Below are positions 12,413-25,591 of a stretch of 64,000 nt of DNA, piece by piece (the stretch's first letter is position 1; every line of letters starts with the position of its first letter). This DNA is from Eledone cirrhosa (taxonomy: Eukaryota), in contig OZ024761.1 in the NCBI GenBank assembly GCA_964016885.1, positions 31,496,001-31,560,000 on the forward strand. The letters run 5' to 3'. Both the position numbers and the translations under genes were made by a program. Below the pieces are notes generated by a model. The model made no database searches. It had not been told where the DNA came from and was given only the letters and a program-made list of their open reading frames with translations.

Positions 12413-12524
12413 AGGGTCGATAAAATATTGCACCAGTAATGCACTGAGGTCGATTTAATCGACTTTCCACCAACTCTCTCTCTCTCCAAATTGCTGGCCT
12501 TGTACCTATAGTAGAAATCATAAT
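12413..12524 (+). mobile_element. 5'-truncated SINE between ~175-bp direct duplications
   Basis: GGGTCGATAAAAT..ATTGCTGGCCTTGTACCTATAGTAGAAA; 12236-12410 is repeated at 12558-12764. Confidence 0.75.
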
Positions 12525-12799
12525 TTTTCGAGGGGTGGCGAGAGTTATGATTTGAGGGAGCTTTCACTACAATTTCTTGCAGCCGATACGAACACGTTGG
12601 GTGGCTTACTCGTCGACTCGTCTTACAGAACGCGGTGTGGTTGACATACAAAAATAAACTGAGATGACATTGCACGCAGCTACCATTGTTATGTTATGTG
12701 TTGTTTTGTGTAGTTTTTCTTCTCTTCTCAATATTGTAGAGAAAACATAAACGATGACAGCAAATTCTCATTAGATAGAAGCAAACTTCCATATTGAAA

Positions 12800-12950
12800 T
12801 CTATCTCTATTAGCATAGAATCACTTGAACAAATGATGCAGGAATGCTGAAAGTTATAAACAAAAGTGTTCCATACAATTATACAACCGCCAGAGAATTG
12901 TTTGTCACTCAAGCAGGAATTCTCTTGGAAACCACAAGACAACATCCTTT
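12800..12950 (-). pseudogene. Possible Tc1-like transposase relic
   Basis: SDKQFSGGCIIVWNTFVYN resembles the Tc1 motif S.RQ.GGGSVMVW..F.YN; short and degenerate. Confidence 0.3.
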
Positions 12951-13773
12951 CTATAAACAGCCTGAATATACAGTAACAGTAACAGCAATGGTGGTGGTGG
13001 TGGTGGTGCTGGTGGTGGTGCTGGTGGTGGTGGTGGTGCTGGTGGTGGTGGTGATTGTGATGTTAATGGTGGTGGTGGTAGTGGTGATGATGGTGATAAT
13101 GGTGGTGGTGTTGGTGGTGATGATGGTGATAATGGTGGTGGTGGTGGTGATAATGGTGGTGCTGGTGATGATGGTGGTGATGATGATGATGGTGGTGGTG
13201 GTGATGGTGGTAGTGATGATTGTGGTGGTGGTGCTGGTAATGATGATGGTGGTGGTGATGGTGGATGATGATTGGATGAATGATGATGATGATGGTGGAT
13301 GGTGATGATGATGATGGTGATGATTGGATGGATGATGACGATGTAGTAGACCCATCCAACCCACCATCTACAACAACAATATCCCAGCCCACGTTACAAC
13401 TCTATCTCGATAACAACAACATGAAGTGTGATTTACAAAGACATTTCTTTTGCTAGTTCGCTCTTTCTTTCCTTCGTCCTCTCTTTCGTTCTTTCTCTCT
13501 CTCTTTCTTTCTTTGTTTTTTTTTCTTTCTCTCGTTTTTCCGCTCTTTCTTTCTCTCTCCCCCTTTTTCTTTCTTTTTTTCTCTTTTTTTCTTTTTTCTT
13601 TTTTTCTTTCTTTCTCTTTTTTTCTCTTTTTTTCTTTCTTTCTCTTTTTTTCTCTTTTTTCTTTCTTTCTTTCTCTTTCTCTCGTTCTTTCTTTCTTTCT
13701 TTCTTTCCTACTCCTTCTCTTTCTCTTTCCTTCTTTCTCTCATTATCTCTATCTATCTTTCTCTCTCTCCCCT

Positions 13774-13811
<38 letters not shown>

Positions 13812-13927
13812 TCCCTCTCCCTTTCTCTCTCTCTCAGTCTCTCTCTCTCATTACTTTGACTCTATTGAAATGTTTTTGTTGTTGATTCTTTATTGTTCAG
13901 TAATTTCTGGAAATAGTTCATTGTTTG

Positions 13928-14500
13928 ACGTGTAGGCTGTTGTGTGGTTGTTGTGAGGTGGTGGTATTGTGTGGTTGTTGTTACGTGTAGGCTGTTGTGT
14001 GGTTGTTGTGAGGTGGTGGTATTGTGTGGTTGTTGTTACGTGTAGGCTGTTGTGTGGTTGTTGTGAGGTGGTGGTATTGTGTGGTTGTTGTTACGTGTAG
14101 GCTGTTGTGTGGTTGTTGTGAGGTGGTGGTATTGTGTGGTTGTTGTTACGTGTAGGCTGTTGTGTGGTTGTTGTGAGGTGGTGGTATTGTGTGGTTGTTG
14201 TTACGTGTAGGCTGTTGTGTGGTTGTTGTGAGGTGGTGGTATTGTGTGGTTGTTGTTACGTGTAGGCTGTTGTGTGGTTGTTGTGAGGTGGTGGTATTGT
14301 GTGGTTGTTGTTACGTGTAGGCTGTTGTGTGGTTGTTGTGAGGTGGTGGTATTGTGTGGTTGTTGTTACGTGTAGGCTGTTGTGTGGTTGTTGTGAGGTG
14401 GTGGTATTGTGTGGTTGTTGTTACGTGTAGGCTGTTGTGTGGTTGTTGTGAGGTGGTGGTATTGTGTGGTTGTTGTTACGTGTAGGCTGCTGTGTGGTTG
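13928..14500. repeat. 55-bp minisatellite, ~10 identical copies
   Basis: ACGTGTAGGCTGTTGTGTGGTTGTTGTGAGGTGGTGGTATTGTGTGGTTGTTGTT starts at 13928, 13983, 14038 and onward. Confidence 0.95.
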
Positions 14501-14889
14501 TTGTGTGGTTGTGTTGTGTGGTTGTGTTGCGTGGTGGTGATGTTGTGTGGTTGTTGTGAGGTGGTGGTGTGCTGTTATGAGGTTATGTTGTCTGATGTCG
14601 TGTGTGATATCGTGTGCTGTGGTTGTGTTGTGATGTGGTGGTGTGTGGTTGTTGTTAGGTGGTGGTGTGTGGTTGTAGTTATGGTGTAGTGTGCTGTTAT
14701 GCATTATGGTATTGTTGTGTGTTGTGCCCTGTGGTGGTTTTGTGAGGCGGTGGTGATGTGTGGTGTTGTGTGATGTCGTTTGTGGTGTTGTATCGTGTCG
14801 TGTCGTGTCTCGCTGTGTTGCTGTTGTGTGGTTATGTGGTGTCGTATGCTGTCGTGTGGTGTTGGTATGTTCGTGTTGTCGCTAGGTAG

Positions 14890-15418
14890 CGTAGAGAGAG
14901 TGAGAGGGGAAGGACACAGTAGAGAGATAGGGGAAACAGGGAGGGAGAGAGAGGAATGGTACAGTAGAGAGAGGGGGGAGAGGAAGGGCACAGTAGAGAG
15001 ATGTAGAGAGGAGACAGGGAGAGAGGGGAAGGACACAGTAGAGAGATAGAGGAGACAGGGAGGAAGAGAGAGGAAGAGCACAGTATATATATAGAGAGAG
15101 GGGGGAAGCACAGTAGAGATATAGAGAGGAGACATGGAGAGAGAGGAAAGGCACAATAGAGACAGACAGAGAGAGAGAAAGGATACAGTAGAGAGGAAGG
15201 ACACAGTAGAGAGAGAGAGAGAGATAGAGAGAGAGAGAGAAAGGACAGAGTAGAGAGATGGAGAGGGTACAGAGAGAGAGAGAGAGGACAAAGTAGAGAG
15301 AGATGGAGAGGGTACAGAGAGAGAGAAAGAGAGAGAGAAAGGACAGAGTAGAGAGAGATGGAGAGGGTACAGAGAGAGAGAGAGAGAGAGAGGACAAAGT
15401 AGAGAGAGATGGAGAGGG

Positions 15419-15456
<38 letters not shown>

Positions 15457-15745
15457 AAAGTAGAGAGAGATGGAGAGGGTACAGAGAGAGAGAGAGAGAG
15501 AAAGGACAGAGTAGAGAGAGATGGAGAGGGTACAGAGAGAGAGAGAGAGAGAAAGGACAGAGTAGAGAGAGATGGAGAGGGTACAGAGAGAGAGAGAGAG
15601 AGAGAAAGGACAGAGTAGAGAGAGATGGAGAGGGTACAGAGAGAGAGAGAGAGAAAGGACACAGTAGAGAGAGATGGAGAGGGTACAGAGAGAGAGAGAG
15701 AGAGAGGAGAGAGTGAGAGAGGAAGGAAACAGAAGGGAGGGGGGT
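14890..15745. repeat. (GA)n-based compound minisatellite
   Basis: GGACAGAGTAGAGAGAGATGGAGAGGGTACA(GA)n units. Confidence 0.9.
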
Positions 15746-16104
15746 AGACAAACATTCTGTAAATCATACAAAATTATCTGCCAATAAGTATCAAACTCTC
15801 TCTCTCTCCACAACCATTCTCCCTATCTGGTTTGTTATGAACCCCTAGTGTAAGAGGGAAGAATATAGTTTCGATTTACAGTTACTTCCCTTACGTCACG
15901 TGTGACCTTCATTAAAACAATAATCACCATAGTTACCCGTTCAATCACTCCTGGAGCCAATAACATTAATCATCTTTGATTGATATTTCTGCTTATAAAA
16001 GTTCAAGCAGGTGATGGTATTTACAGAATTACTAAAGAGAGAAATATAAGTGTTTATCCCACGTACTAAACAATGGAAGCAGTAGAGTTCTTAACCTTTA
16101 GTAA

Positions 16105-19100
16105 CCAGCGGTATCCATCAGTGGGTGATGGTATCTACTAGTGGTACCTACTAGTGGGTGACGGTATCTAACAATGGGTGATAGTATCCATTTGTAGGTG
16201 ACGGTGTGACCAGTGGTATCTACCAGTGGGAGACGGTGTAACCAGTGGTATCTACTAGTGGGTGGCGGTGTAACCAGTGGTATCTACTAGTGGGTGGCGG
16301 TGTAACCAGTGGTATCTACTAGTGGGTGGCGGTGTAACCAGTGGTATCTACTAGTGGGTGGCGGTGTGACCAGTGGTATCTACTAGTGGGTGGCGGTGTA
16401 ACCATTGGTATCTACCAGTGGGAGACGGTGTAACCAGTGGTATCTACTAGTGGGTGATGGTGTAACCAGTGGTATCTACTAGTGGGAGACGGTGTAACCA
16501 GTGGTATCTACTAGTGGGGGACGGTGTAACCAGTGGTATCTACTAGTGGGAGACGGTGTAACCATTGGTATCTACCAGTGGGAGACGGTGTAACCAGTGG
16601 TATCTACTAGTGGGTGATGGTGTAACCAGTGGTATCTACTAGTGTGTGGCGGTGTAACCAGTGGTATCTACCAGTGGGAGACGGTGTAACCAGTGGTATC
16701 TACTAGTGGGTGGCGGTGTAACCAGTGGTATCTACTAGTGGGTGGCGGTGTAACCAGTGGTATCTACTAGTGGGAGACGGTGTAACCAGTGGTATCTACT
16801 AGTGGGTGGCGGTGTAGCCAGTGGTATCTACTAGTGGGTGACGGTGTAACCAGTGGTATCTACTAGTGGGTGGCGGTGTAACCAGTGGTATCTACTAGTG
16901 GGAGACGGTATCTACTAGTGGGAGACGGTGTAACCAGTGGTATCCATCAGTGGGTGACTGTGTGACCAGTGGTATCTACTAGTGGGTGACGGTGTAACCA
17001 GTGGTATCTACCAGTGGGAGACGGTGTAACCAGTGGTATCTACCAGTGGGAGACGGTGTAACCAGTGGTATCTACTAGTGGGAGACGGTGTAACCAGTGG
17101 TATCTACTAGTGGGAGACGGTATCTACTAGTGGGAGACGGTGTAACCAGTGGTATCTACTAGTGGGAGACGGTGTAACCAGTGGTATCTACTAGTGGGTG
17201 ACGGTGTAACCAGTGGTATCTACTAGTGGGAGACGGTGTAACCAGTGGTATCTACTAGTGGGTGACGGTGTAACCAGTGGTATCTACTATTGGGAGACGG
17301 TGTAACCAGTGGTATCTACTAGTGGGAGACGGTGTAACCAGTGGTATCTACTAGTGGGTGGCGGTGTAACCAGTGGTATCTACTAGTGGGTGGCGGTGTA
17401 ACCAGTGGTATCTACGTGGGAGACGGTGTAACCAGTGGTATCTACTAGTGGGAGACGGTGTAACCAGTGGTATCTACTAGTGGGTGACGGTATCTACTAG
17501 TGGGAGACAGTGTAACCAGTGGTATCTACTAGTGGGTGGCGGTGTAACCAGTGGTATCTACTAGTGGGAGACGGTATCTACTAGTGGGAGACAGTGTAAC
17601 CAGTGGTATCTACTAGTGGGTGGCGGTGTAACCAGTGGTATCTACCAGTGGGTGACGGTGTAACCAGTGGTATCTACCAGTGGGTGACGGTGTAACCAGT
17701 GGTATCTACCAGTGGGTGACGGTGTAACCAGTGGTATCTACCAGTGGGTGACGGTGTAACCAGTGGTATCTACCAGTGGGTGACGGTGTAACCAGTGGTA
17801 TCTACCAGTGGGTGACGGTGTAACCAGTGGTATCTACTAGTGGGAGACAGTGTAACCAGTGGTATCTACTAGTGGGTGACGGTGTAACCAGTGGTATCTA
17901 CTAGTGGGTGACGGTGTAACCAGTGGTATCTACTAGTGGGAGACGGTGTAACCAGTGGTATCTACTAGTGGGTGACGGTGTAACCAGTGGTATCTACCAG
18001 TGGGTGACGGTGTAACCAGTGGTATCTACTAGTGGGTGACGGTGTAACCAGTGGTATCTACTAGTGGGTGACGGTGTAACCAGTGGTATCTACCAGTGGG
18101 TGACGGTGTAACCAGTGGTATCTACCAGTGGGTGACGGTGTAACCAGTGGTATCTACTAGTGGGAGACAGTGTAACCAGTGGTATCTACTAGTGGGAGAC
18201 AGTGTAACCAGTGGTATCTACTAGTGGGTGACGGTGTAGCCAGTGGTATCTACTAGTGGGAGACAGTGTAACCAGTGGTATCTACCAGTGGGTGACGGTG
18301 TAACCAGTGGTATCTACCAGTGGGTGACGGTGTAACCAGTGGTATCTACTAGTGGGAGACGGTGTAACCAGTGGTATCTACTAGTGGGAGACGGTGTAAC
18401 CAGTGGTATCTACTAGTGGGTGACGGTGTAGCCAGTGGTATCTACTAGTGGGTGACGGTGTAGCCAGTGGTATCCATCAGTGGGTGACTGTGTGACCAGT
18501 GGTATCTACTAGTGGGAGACGGTGTAACCAGTGGTATCTACTAGTGGGAGACGGTGTAACCAGTGGTATCTACTAGTGGGAGACGGTGTAACCAGTGGTA
18601 TCTACTAGTGGGAGACGGTGTAACCAGTGGTATCTACTAGTGGGTGACAGTGTAACCAGTGGTATCTACTAGTGGGTGGCGGTGTAACCAGTGGTATCTA
18701 CTAGTGGGTGACGGTGTAGCCAGTGGTATCTACTAGTGGGTGACGGTGTAGCCAGTGGTATCTACTAGTGGGAGACAGTGTAGCCAGTGGTATCTACTAG
18801 TGGGTGACGGTGTAGCCAGTGGTATCTACTAGTGGGTGACGGTGTAGCCAGTGGTATCTACTAGTGAGAGACGGTGTAACCAGTGGTATCTACTAGTGGG
18901 AGACAGTGTAACCAGTGGTATCTACTAGTGGGTGACGGTGTAGCCAGTGGTATCTACTAGTGGGTGACGGTGTAGTCAGTGGTATCTACTAGTGGGTGAC
19001 GGTGTAGCCAGTGGTATCTACTAGTGAGAGACGGTGTAACCAGTGGTATCTACTAGTGGGAGACAGTATCTACTAGTGGGAGACGGTGTAACCAGTGGTA

Positions 19101-19870
19101 TCTATTAGTGGGAGACAGTGTAACCAGTGGTATCTACTAGTGGGAGACGGTGTAACCAGTGGTATCTACTAGTGGGAGACAGTATCTACTAGTGGGAGAC
19201 GGTGTAACCAGTGGTATCTACTAGTGGGAGACAGTATCTACTAGTGGGAGACGGTGTAACCAGTGGTATCTACTAGTGGGTGACGGTGTAACCAGTGGTA
19301 TCTACTAGTGGGTGACGGTGTAGCCAGTGGTATCTACTAGTGAGAGACAGTGTAACCAGTGGTATCTACTAGTGGGTGACGGTGTAACCAGTGGTATCTA
19401 CTAGTGGGAGACGGTGTAACCAGTGGTATCTACTAGTGGGTGACGGTGTAGCCAGTGGTATCTACTAGTGGGTGACGGTGTAACCAGTGGTATCTACTAG
19501 TGGGAGACGGTGTAACCAGTGGTATCTACTAGTGGGTGACGGTGTAGCCAGTGGTATCTACTAGTGGGTGACGGTGTAGCCAGTGGTATCCATCAGTGGG
19601 TGACTGTGTGACCAGTGGTATCTACTAGTGGGAGACGGTGTAACCAGTGGTATCTACTAGTGGGTGACGGTGTAGCCAGTGGTATCCATCAGTGGGTGAC
19701 TGTGTGACCAGAGGTATCTATCAGTGGGTGACGGTATCTGCCAGAGGGTGACGGTGTAACTAGAGGTATCCATCAATAGGTGATTGGCACAGCTAGAGGT
19801 ATCCATCAATAGGTGATTGGCACAGCTAGAGGTATCCATCAATAGGTGATTGGCACAGCTAGAGGTATCA
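16105..19870. repeat. ~3.7-kb satellite of a 32-bp unit
   Basis: CCAGTGGTATCTACTAGTGGGAGACGGTGTAA with interspersed 20-bp deletion variants; degenerate edges; three 33-bp variant units at the right end. Confidence 0.97.
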
Positions 19871-20293
19871 ACCATTTGTTTCTGTTTCTAGGAAATATCA
19901 GATATATTCCCGAAACCTGGTGTTAGTCACGTGACACAGTTTCAAATGTTCTCTAGGGAAAGAGAATGAAATATTTCTGTGTATGTGTGGACAGATATTC
20001 TAGATATCAGCAACTTGTACCCCATCGATACCCCAGTGCTATGAGCCCGGGCAGGGTGGGGAAATGTATTCTGTTATATCAGAAACCCTGATGCAAGCCA
20101 CCTCTTCACTTCACTTCACTTGAGGACAGCATTTTTAAAAGTGTTATCCTAGAGAGTAGCAAGGTAGACGTGTTGAAATAATCATTCCAACTGACAAGAG
20201 CTTAGTCGTGTTGGTGGCCAACTCAGCCCCAACAGCAGTAAGCAAGTAAGGAAGTAGTATGGGAACCAAGAACACACCAGGTTCTTCAACGAC

Positions 20294-20630
20294 ACAAATC
20301 TATTGGTAAACGGCCGACCTTTCGCTTGTCGGGCAACACAACCTAGATCTGTCATTGTATAAGACCATACGGTGGCAAGCTTCCCACACCGCTTCGGAGA
20401 TATGAGGTAAAACTGTAGTTTCAGTGTGGACTGTAATGTAATGAAGTTTTAGTGCTGTTTAATACAAATCTATCGGGTAAACGACCAATCTTTCGCTTAT
20501 CAGGCAAAAAACCCTGGATCTGTCGTCGAATGCACCATACGGTGGTGAGCCTTTCCCCGCCCTCTCTTCTGAAGTGTTACATGAAACTAGTTTCAGTGTA
20601 GACTGTAGTGTAATGAAGTTTTAGTGCTGC
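20294..20630. repeat. Diverged tandem duplication, ~170 bp x2
   Basis: ACAAATCTAT..GTAATGAAGTTTTAGTGCTG at 20294 and 20464. Confidence 0.8.
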
Positions 20631-21559
20631 TAAACTATAATCTTTTGTACGAATGTCTGTGTCCCAATTGTTGCTGTTCTATAGATTCTCAACTTAACAG
20701 ACCGAAAGATCTGAAATTACAAGACACAGATTGTTTTGTTAGTTGTTTGTTGTTATTTGTTGTTATTTGTTGTTATTTGTTCAAATAACACCACCTTCTT
20801 TTTTCAACATTCTGCAACATTTGTTTCTTCTGGTGGAAGCCATTATTGACATGAATGGATTAATTCTTAGTAAATAAACAAAGAATTTCAAACAAACCAA
20901 TGTAGATTCCAATGAATGTATATATGTATCCTACAGCAATCAATATAATAATCTTATTTTCCAAACGACAAGAAGATTAGATAAATATATTCACTTGTCG
21001 ATATTTTGAAGCAAGAGTTTTGCTCATGATATTCTTCATTTTGGTTTTAAACATCGTTTTAAAGTAGGCGCCATAAGAATGGTCAGATCGATATAATTAT
21101 AGAATATTATATTTATCCCAAACAAGCAATCGTTGAGTATTATAAGTAGGGATTTTTTCTGGATTTATTATTCTTTGTTATATTTTCATTCAATTTTTCG
21201 TACACTCGTTTTTGTTGTTTTTTTCATTTGACCGCTTTTAATGTTATGGCCGTAAAGAAGGGTAGAATGAGAGATAGAGGGAGGGAGGGAGAGCGAAAGA
21301 GAGTGAGGGAGAAGGAGAGATAGAGGAGGGGGAGAGTGAGGGAGAGAGGTGGTGGAGAAGAAAGAATTGTGTTAATAATCAGAACTGTATCGATATGTTT
21401 GGAGAACTGGTATGCTGTTCGATATCTTTGTCTCCCCTCCTTCGACTCGTCTCCTATGGCAATTGAAGTTTTCCTTCAACCATTTTGTTTCTATCACATC
21501 TCTGTTTATATTCTTCTTTTTCTTCTTCTTTGTTTTCTTCTTCACCCACTTATTCCCGA

Positions 21560-21885
21560 GAAGGTCATTGGGTACAAAGTCTTCAGACACGCTTACCAGA
21601 GTATCATATCAGAAGCTACCGTCTCCAAATTGATCCGGTTCGATCCCCAAGCAAGACCAACCATGTTTATAGGTGGTGGTGTAACAAAGAGTAAAACAAC
21701 AAAATAATAAGAAACAGTAAAATAAAGAGCAGCAGTAGTAATAGTAGTAGTTGTATTTGTAAACCAAGCCAACCCAAGGTCATTGGGTACAGTCTTCAGA
21801 CACGCTTACCAGAGTGTCATATCAGAAGCAACCGTCTCTAAAATGGTCCGGTTCGATCCCCAAGCCAGACCAACTGTATTTATAG
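21560..21885 (+). repeat. ~110-bp direct duplication containing a Pol III B-box-like motif
   Basis: AAGGTCATTGGGTACA..GGTTCGATCCCCAAGC.AGACCAAC at 21561 and 21776. Confidence 0.7.
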
Positions 21886-22437
21886 CCGTTATTCAACCAC
21901 CTTGTTCGTGGTCTATCCCTGTCGGTTTACTTTCCCGTAAAATCTGTCCAAAGTTACTATCCTTGTAGCTAGTAGCTACATAAGATCTTATCAGGACGTA
22001 TATATGATCGTTGTAGTACTTATATTTCATTGTATTTCTCGGTAAAATATTTCATTTATATGATCTAACTCTTTGTTCGTGAGGTATCAGCTTTCTGGAA
22101 TGTGTAGAATTACAGTGATCACCCATTGATACCCTGAGATTGAATTCAACTTTGCCTTTCATCCTTTTGTAGTCGATAAATAAGATACCAACCAAGTCGA
22201 TATCGTGAGTAGGGGGCCACCCTGTACGTTCTGAGTTCAAATCCTTCTTTCTTCTATCAGGAGTTGTTACTGACAGATAGTATCAGCAATAGAAAGACCA
22301 ATGGAAACATTGTTTCCTTAGTATGATCAGATGATCAATTCCTTTCTTCTGCTAGGAGTTATGACTGATAGATAATATCACCAACGGAAGACACCGTTTC
22401 CTTGGTCTGATCTGAGGATCAGTTTCTTCTACTTAAA

Positions 22438-22572
22438 ACAGCTGACTATACTGGAGCAACGTGAAATGAAGTGTTTTGCTCAAGAACACAACACACAACC
22501 CAGTCCAGGAATTGAACCTAGAAAGTTATAATCGTAAATCCAACACACTTACCACTAGGCCACGCGCCTCCA
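22438..22572 (-). mobile_element. Head of a second tRNA-derived SINE family
   Basis: Minus strand GGAGGCGCGTGGCCTAGTGGTAAGTGTGTTGG..GGTTCAATTCCTGG (A and B boxes), then TGTGTTCTTGAGCAAAACACTTCATTTCACGTTGCTCCAG. Confidence 0.75.
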
Positions 22573-23222
22573 CGGCTAATATAGACTGATAGCTTAGCGT
22601 TGCCTCCTTTCCTTCGGATATGGACAACATTAATGATGATAATGATAGACAGGAGTTGGTTTTGCTAATTTCGTTCTTCCAATAACGAAAGAAAAGAAAA
22701 ACGTAAAAATATACAAACCTAAAACTGGCCTTGTGCCTAGTTTAATAGAAATCAAGTATTGGAAATATTAAAATAAACTTTCGCTCAACTCTTGATCTCG
22801 GGAAGAATCATTAGAAGCTATTACAAGCATGAAAACCAACGTCCCAGCACACATTACACGACTGTATATATTGTATTACTTTCAAATTAAATTTCCTCAG
22901 GGTTTTCAAATACTAATCTTCTTCTACAGAATCGAATTTGAAATGAAACATTGTAATTCTTAAAACAATAATCAATATCTATAAATATTTTTATTATTAT
23001 TATCTTTTTTTTTTGTTTGTTTTTGTTCAATATTCTATTATGGTAAAAGTCGATTCTTCTATACCTTATTGTGTTAAAGACCAATGCTGCAGAAACAGTC
23101 TCATTTAAGTTTTCAAGCATAAACATATGCATGCGTTTGTGTGAGTGTGCAATAGTGTGTATGTGTATGTTTGTGCGAGTGCGTAATTGTGTGTGTGTGT
23201 GTTTGTGAGTGTGCAATAGTGC

Positions 23223-23274
<52 letters not shown>

Positions 23275-23463
23275 TTGTGAGTGCGTAATTGTGTGTGTGC
23301 AATAGTGCGTATGTGTATGTTTGTGCGAGTGTGTAACTGTGTGTGTTAATGCACATTTGTGTATGCAGATGTGTGTGTATGTTTGTGTATGCGTTTGCCT
23401 TTATATCGTTGTATTATTAACTCATTTACAATATATATATACAATATATATATATATATATAA

Positions 23464-23508
<45 letters not shown>

Positions 23509-23524
23509 ATATATGTGTGTATAT

Positions 23525-23680
23525 ATTCATTTTACTAAAGCTAAATAGTGAGTCATCAGTTCTCGTCTGATGACCATGTGATATACAGGCGAAACTCACT
23601 TTATAGCCTTAACAAAATGAAGATTAAAACTCAACTTTAGTATTGAACGCTCTTTTTTCTCAACCGTCAACCACCACATG

Positions 23681-23685
<5 letters not shown>
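23525..23685 (+). mobile_element. Small TA-flanked island with an HHR core and a short inverted arm
   Basis: CTGATGA at 23567 and GAAAC at 23591; 23526-23553 is an imperfect inverse of 23594-23620. Confidence 0.55.
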
Positions 23686-23744
<59 letters not shown>

Positions 23745-23914
23745 GTGTGTGCGTGTGTTACACATTTGCCTTCAGAAACGTCTATAATTATGACAGGACA
23801 AAGCTTTTGCTTTAAATACACCAGTAAGACCCTCTTCCTGCTATTTCAAGCGTTAAACTAATATATTCCTTCCATATAATATACCGATTGTGTTGCTATT
23901 TCTGTTTAACTTTT

Positions 23915-23950
<36 letters not shown>

Positions 23951-23952
<2 letters not shown>

Positions 23953-24410
23953 AAAGTTATATTTAAAATTGTTGGGTTACAACTAGTAAATATTTATAAC
24001 TGATATAAAAGCACTCGACAAATATTTGGAGTATATTTACAATATTAAATAAATGGAAAACTATATTTATAAAACCATATTTATTTCATTATATATATTT
24101 CGGGGATATCATATTAACAATATGCTATGCCTTCATCAGACAAAATACAATATAAACAGTTTTATAGATAAATAGATTCGACATACCGTTATAACACCGA
24201 CTTCATTTGAAGAGGTTTTTAACTGCCAGCTTAAACCTCTTCAAATGAAGTCGGTGTTATAACGGTATGTCGAATCTATTTATCTATAAAACTGTTTATA
24301 TTGTATTTTGTCTGATGAAGGCATAGCATATTGTTAATATGATATCCCCGAAATATATATAATGAAATAAATATGGTTTTATAAATATAGTTTTCCATTT
24401 ATTTAATATT
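23951..24410. mobile_element. Foldback element, family C-like, with an HHR in each arm
   Basis: ~175-bp essentially perfect arms 24041-24218/24233-24410, unique tail 23951-24040, TA tracts on both sides. Confidence 0.9.
24304..24369 (+). ncRNA. Type I hammerhead ribozyme candidate
   Basis: TATTTTGT-CTGATGA-(AGGCATAGCATATT gtt AATATGATATCCCC)-GAAA-TATATA-TA^ATGAAATA; mirror copy at 24082-24147 (-). Confidence 0.75.
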
Positions 24411-24496
24411 ATATATATATATATATATATATTCGGAACTGGTGTATGTGTATATGTTTCACGGACATTCACTTATGTATGTGATGGAGTTGTTGC

Positions 24497-24654
24497 TGTT
24501 GAATTAGCAGCATCGTTAGAGCACCGGACACCATGCTTCACGGCCCCTTACGCCGAGGTTAGCTTTGCCTTTCATCCTTACGGGGTCGATAAAACAAATT
24601 ACCAGTAATGTACTGGGGGTAACTGCTGGCCTTGTGCCAAAAGTAGAAACAATT
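24497..24654 (+). mobile_element. SINE copy
   Basis: Diverged head, conserved core and AGTAGAAACAATT tail. Confidence 0.85.
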
Positions 24655-24659
24655 CTTAC

Positions 24660-24801
24660 AATTCTTCGTACAATACATGTCTGAATATAAAGTTTTATTT
24701 ACAATATTTACAAATGTCCACTATGTCCCTCCTTCAGAAAGACGGGGTACAGCTACACGATAGTCAAACACGTCCCATATCTTGTTGATACACCCTGTAT
24801 A
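24660..24801 (-). mobile_element. Possible Tc1/mariner terminal fragment
   Basis: Ends in CACCCTG-TA (TA-CAGGGTG terminus); no partner TIR seen. Confidence 0.35.
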
Positions 24802-24803
24802 TA

Positions 24804-24982
24804 TTGTTTCTACTTTTGGCACAAGGCCAGCAATTACCCAGTGCATTACTGGTTGGTACTTTATGTTATCGACCCCGTAAGGATGAAAGGCAAAGTTAAC
24901 CTCGACGGGATTTGAACTCAGACTGTTAAGGGACGTAACTCTATGCTGGAAAGCATGGCATCCGATCCTCTACCGATACTGC
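24804..24982 (-). mobile_element. SINE copy, near full length
   Basis: Conserved core plus tRNA-like head. Confidence 0.9.
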
Positions 24983-25213
24983 GGACGCCATGCACATATT
25001 AATACAGACTCGTTGTCGTTCAGTTAATGTATTCGGTTTTATTTAGTGGAACCTTCAAAGTCATTTTAGACTTTGTAGAAAATGAAACACTTACAAGATA
25101 TACGTGGAAGTTGTAGAGATTATTAGAACAGCAAACTACAAGACTGACTGCTTACTATACACCACGCGCGTGTGTGTGTATGTATACATATATATATAGT
25201 TTTAATATAGAAT

Positions 25214-25264
25214 AGCTTCTACAGGACTAGAACTGTTTCATTCGTGAGAAATCATCAGGGAGCT
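25214..25264 (-). ncRNA. Type I hammerhead ribozyme candidate, family D
   Basis: AGCTCC-CTGATGA-tTTC tcac GAAt-GAAA-CAG ttctagtc CTG-TA^GAAGCT; lies in a TA-flanked island ~25198-25575. Confidence 0.7.
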
Positions 25265-25591
25265 GGCTGTCCAAGTAAGTAGTGGTATTTATATCTTTTC
25301 TTTTCTGGTGGTAGGAGAGGGTGGGGATTGGGACGGGTGTGGGTCATTGGTTGAAGGATTTAAAGAAAATGGAGTTCATTAAAAGTTAATTCTTTAAAGC
25401 TATAGTATTAACAAAGGCAGGAAGATTACTGTAAACAAAATCATATTTGGAATACCAATCGTAGTTTATCACTTAGACTAACAATGCCTGTAAGACAGAT
25501 GTCTACAGGATGGGTGGGGTTCAATGGTTTAAAGAAAAGGGAAATTCTTTAGAAGCTAATTCTTTAAGGCTGGAATATATATATATATATA

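Noticed and set aside
16105-19870. CRISPR-like periodicity (also 55230-56460)
   Set aside because: Head-to-tail tandem units without unique spacers, no cas genes, eukaryotic context
21590-21960. Possible minus-strand exon ending in a GTAAGC donor
   Set aside because: Stops in all frames upstream; better explained as a duplicated B-box-containing repeat
24041-24410. Foldbacks as DNA-transposon MITEs or assembly artefacts
   Set aside because: Arms are asymmetric (one has a unique tail), breakpoints differ between copies of a family, several arm pairs have diverged and HHR motifs are present. Read-level confirmation of the perfect palindromes is still advisable.
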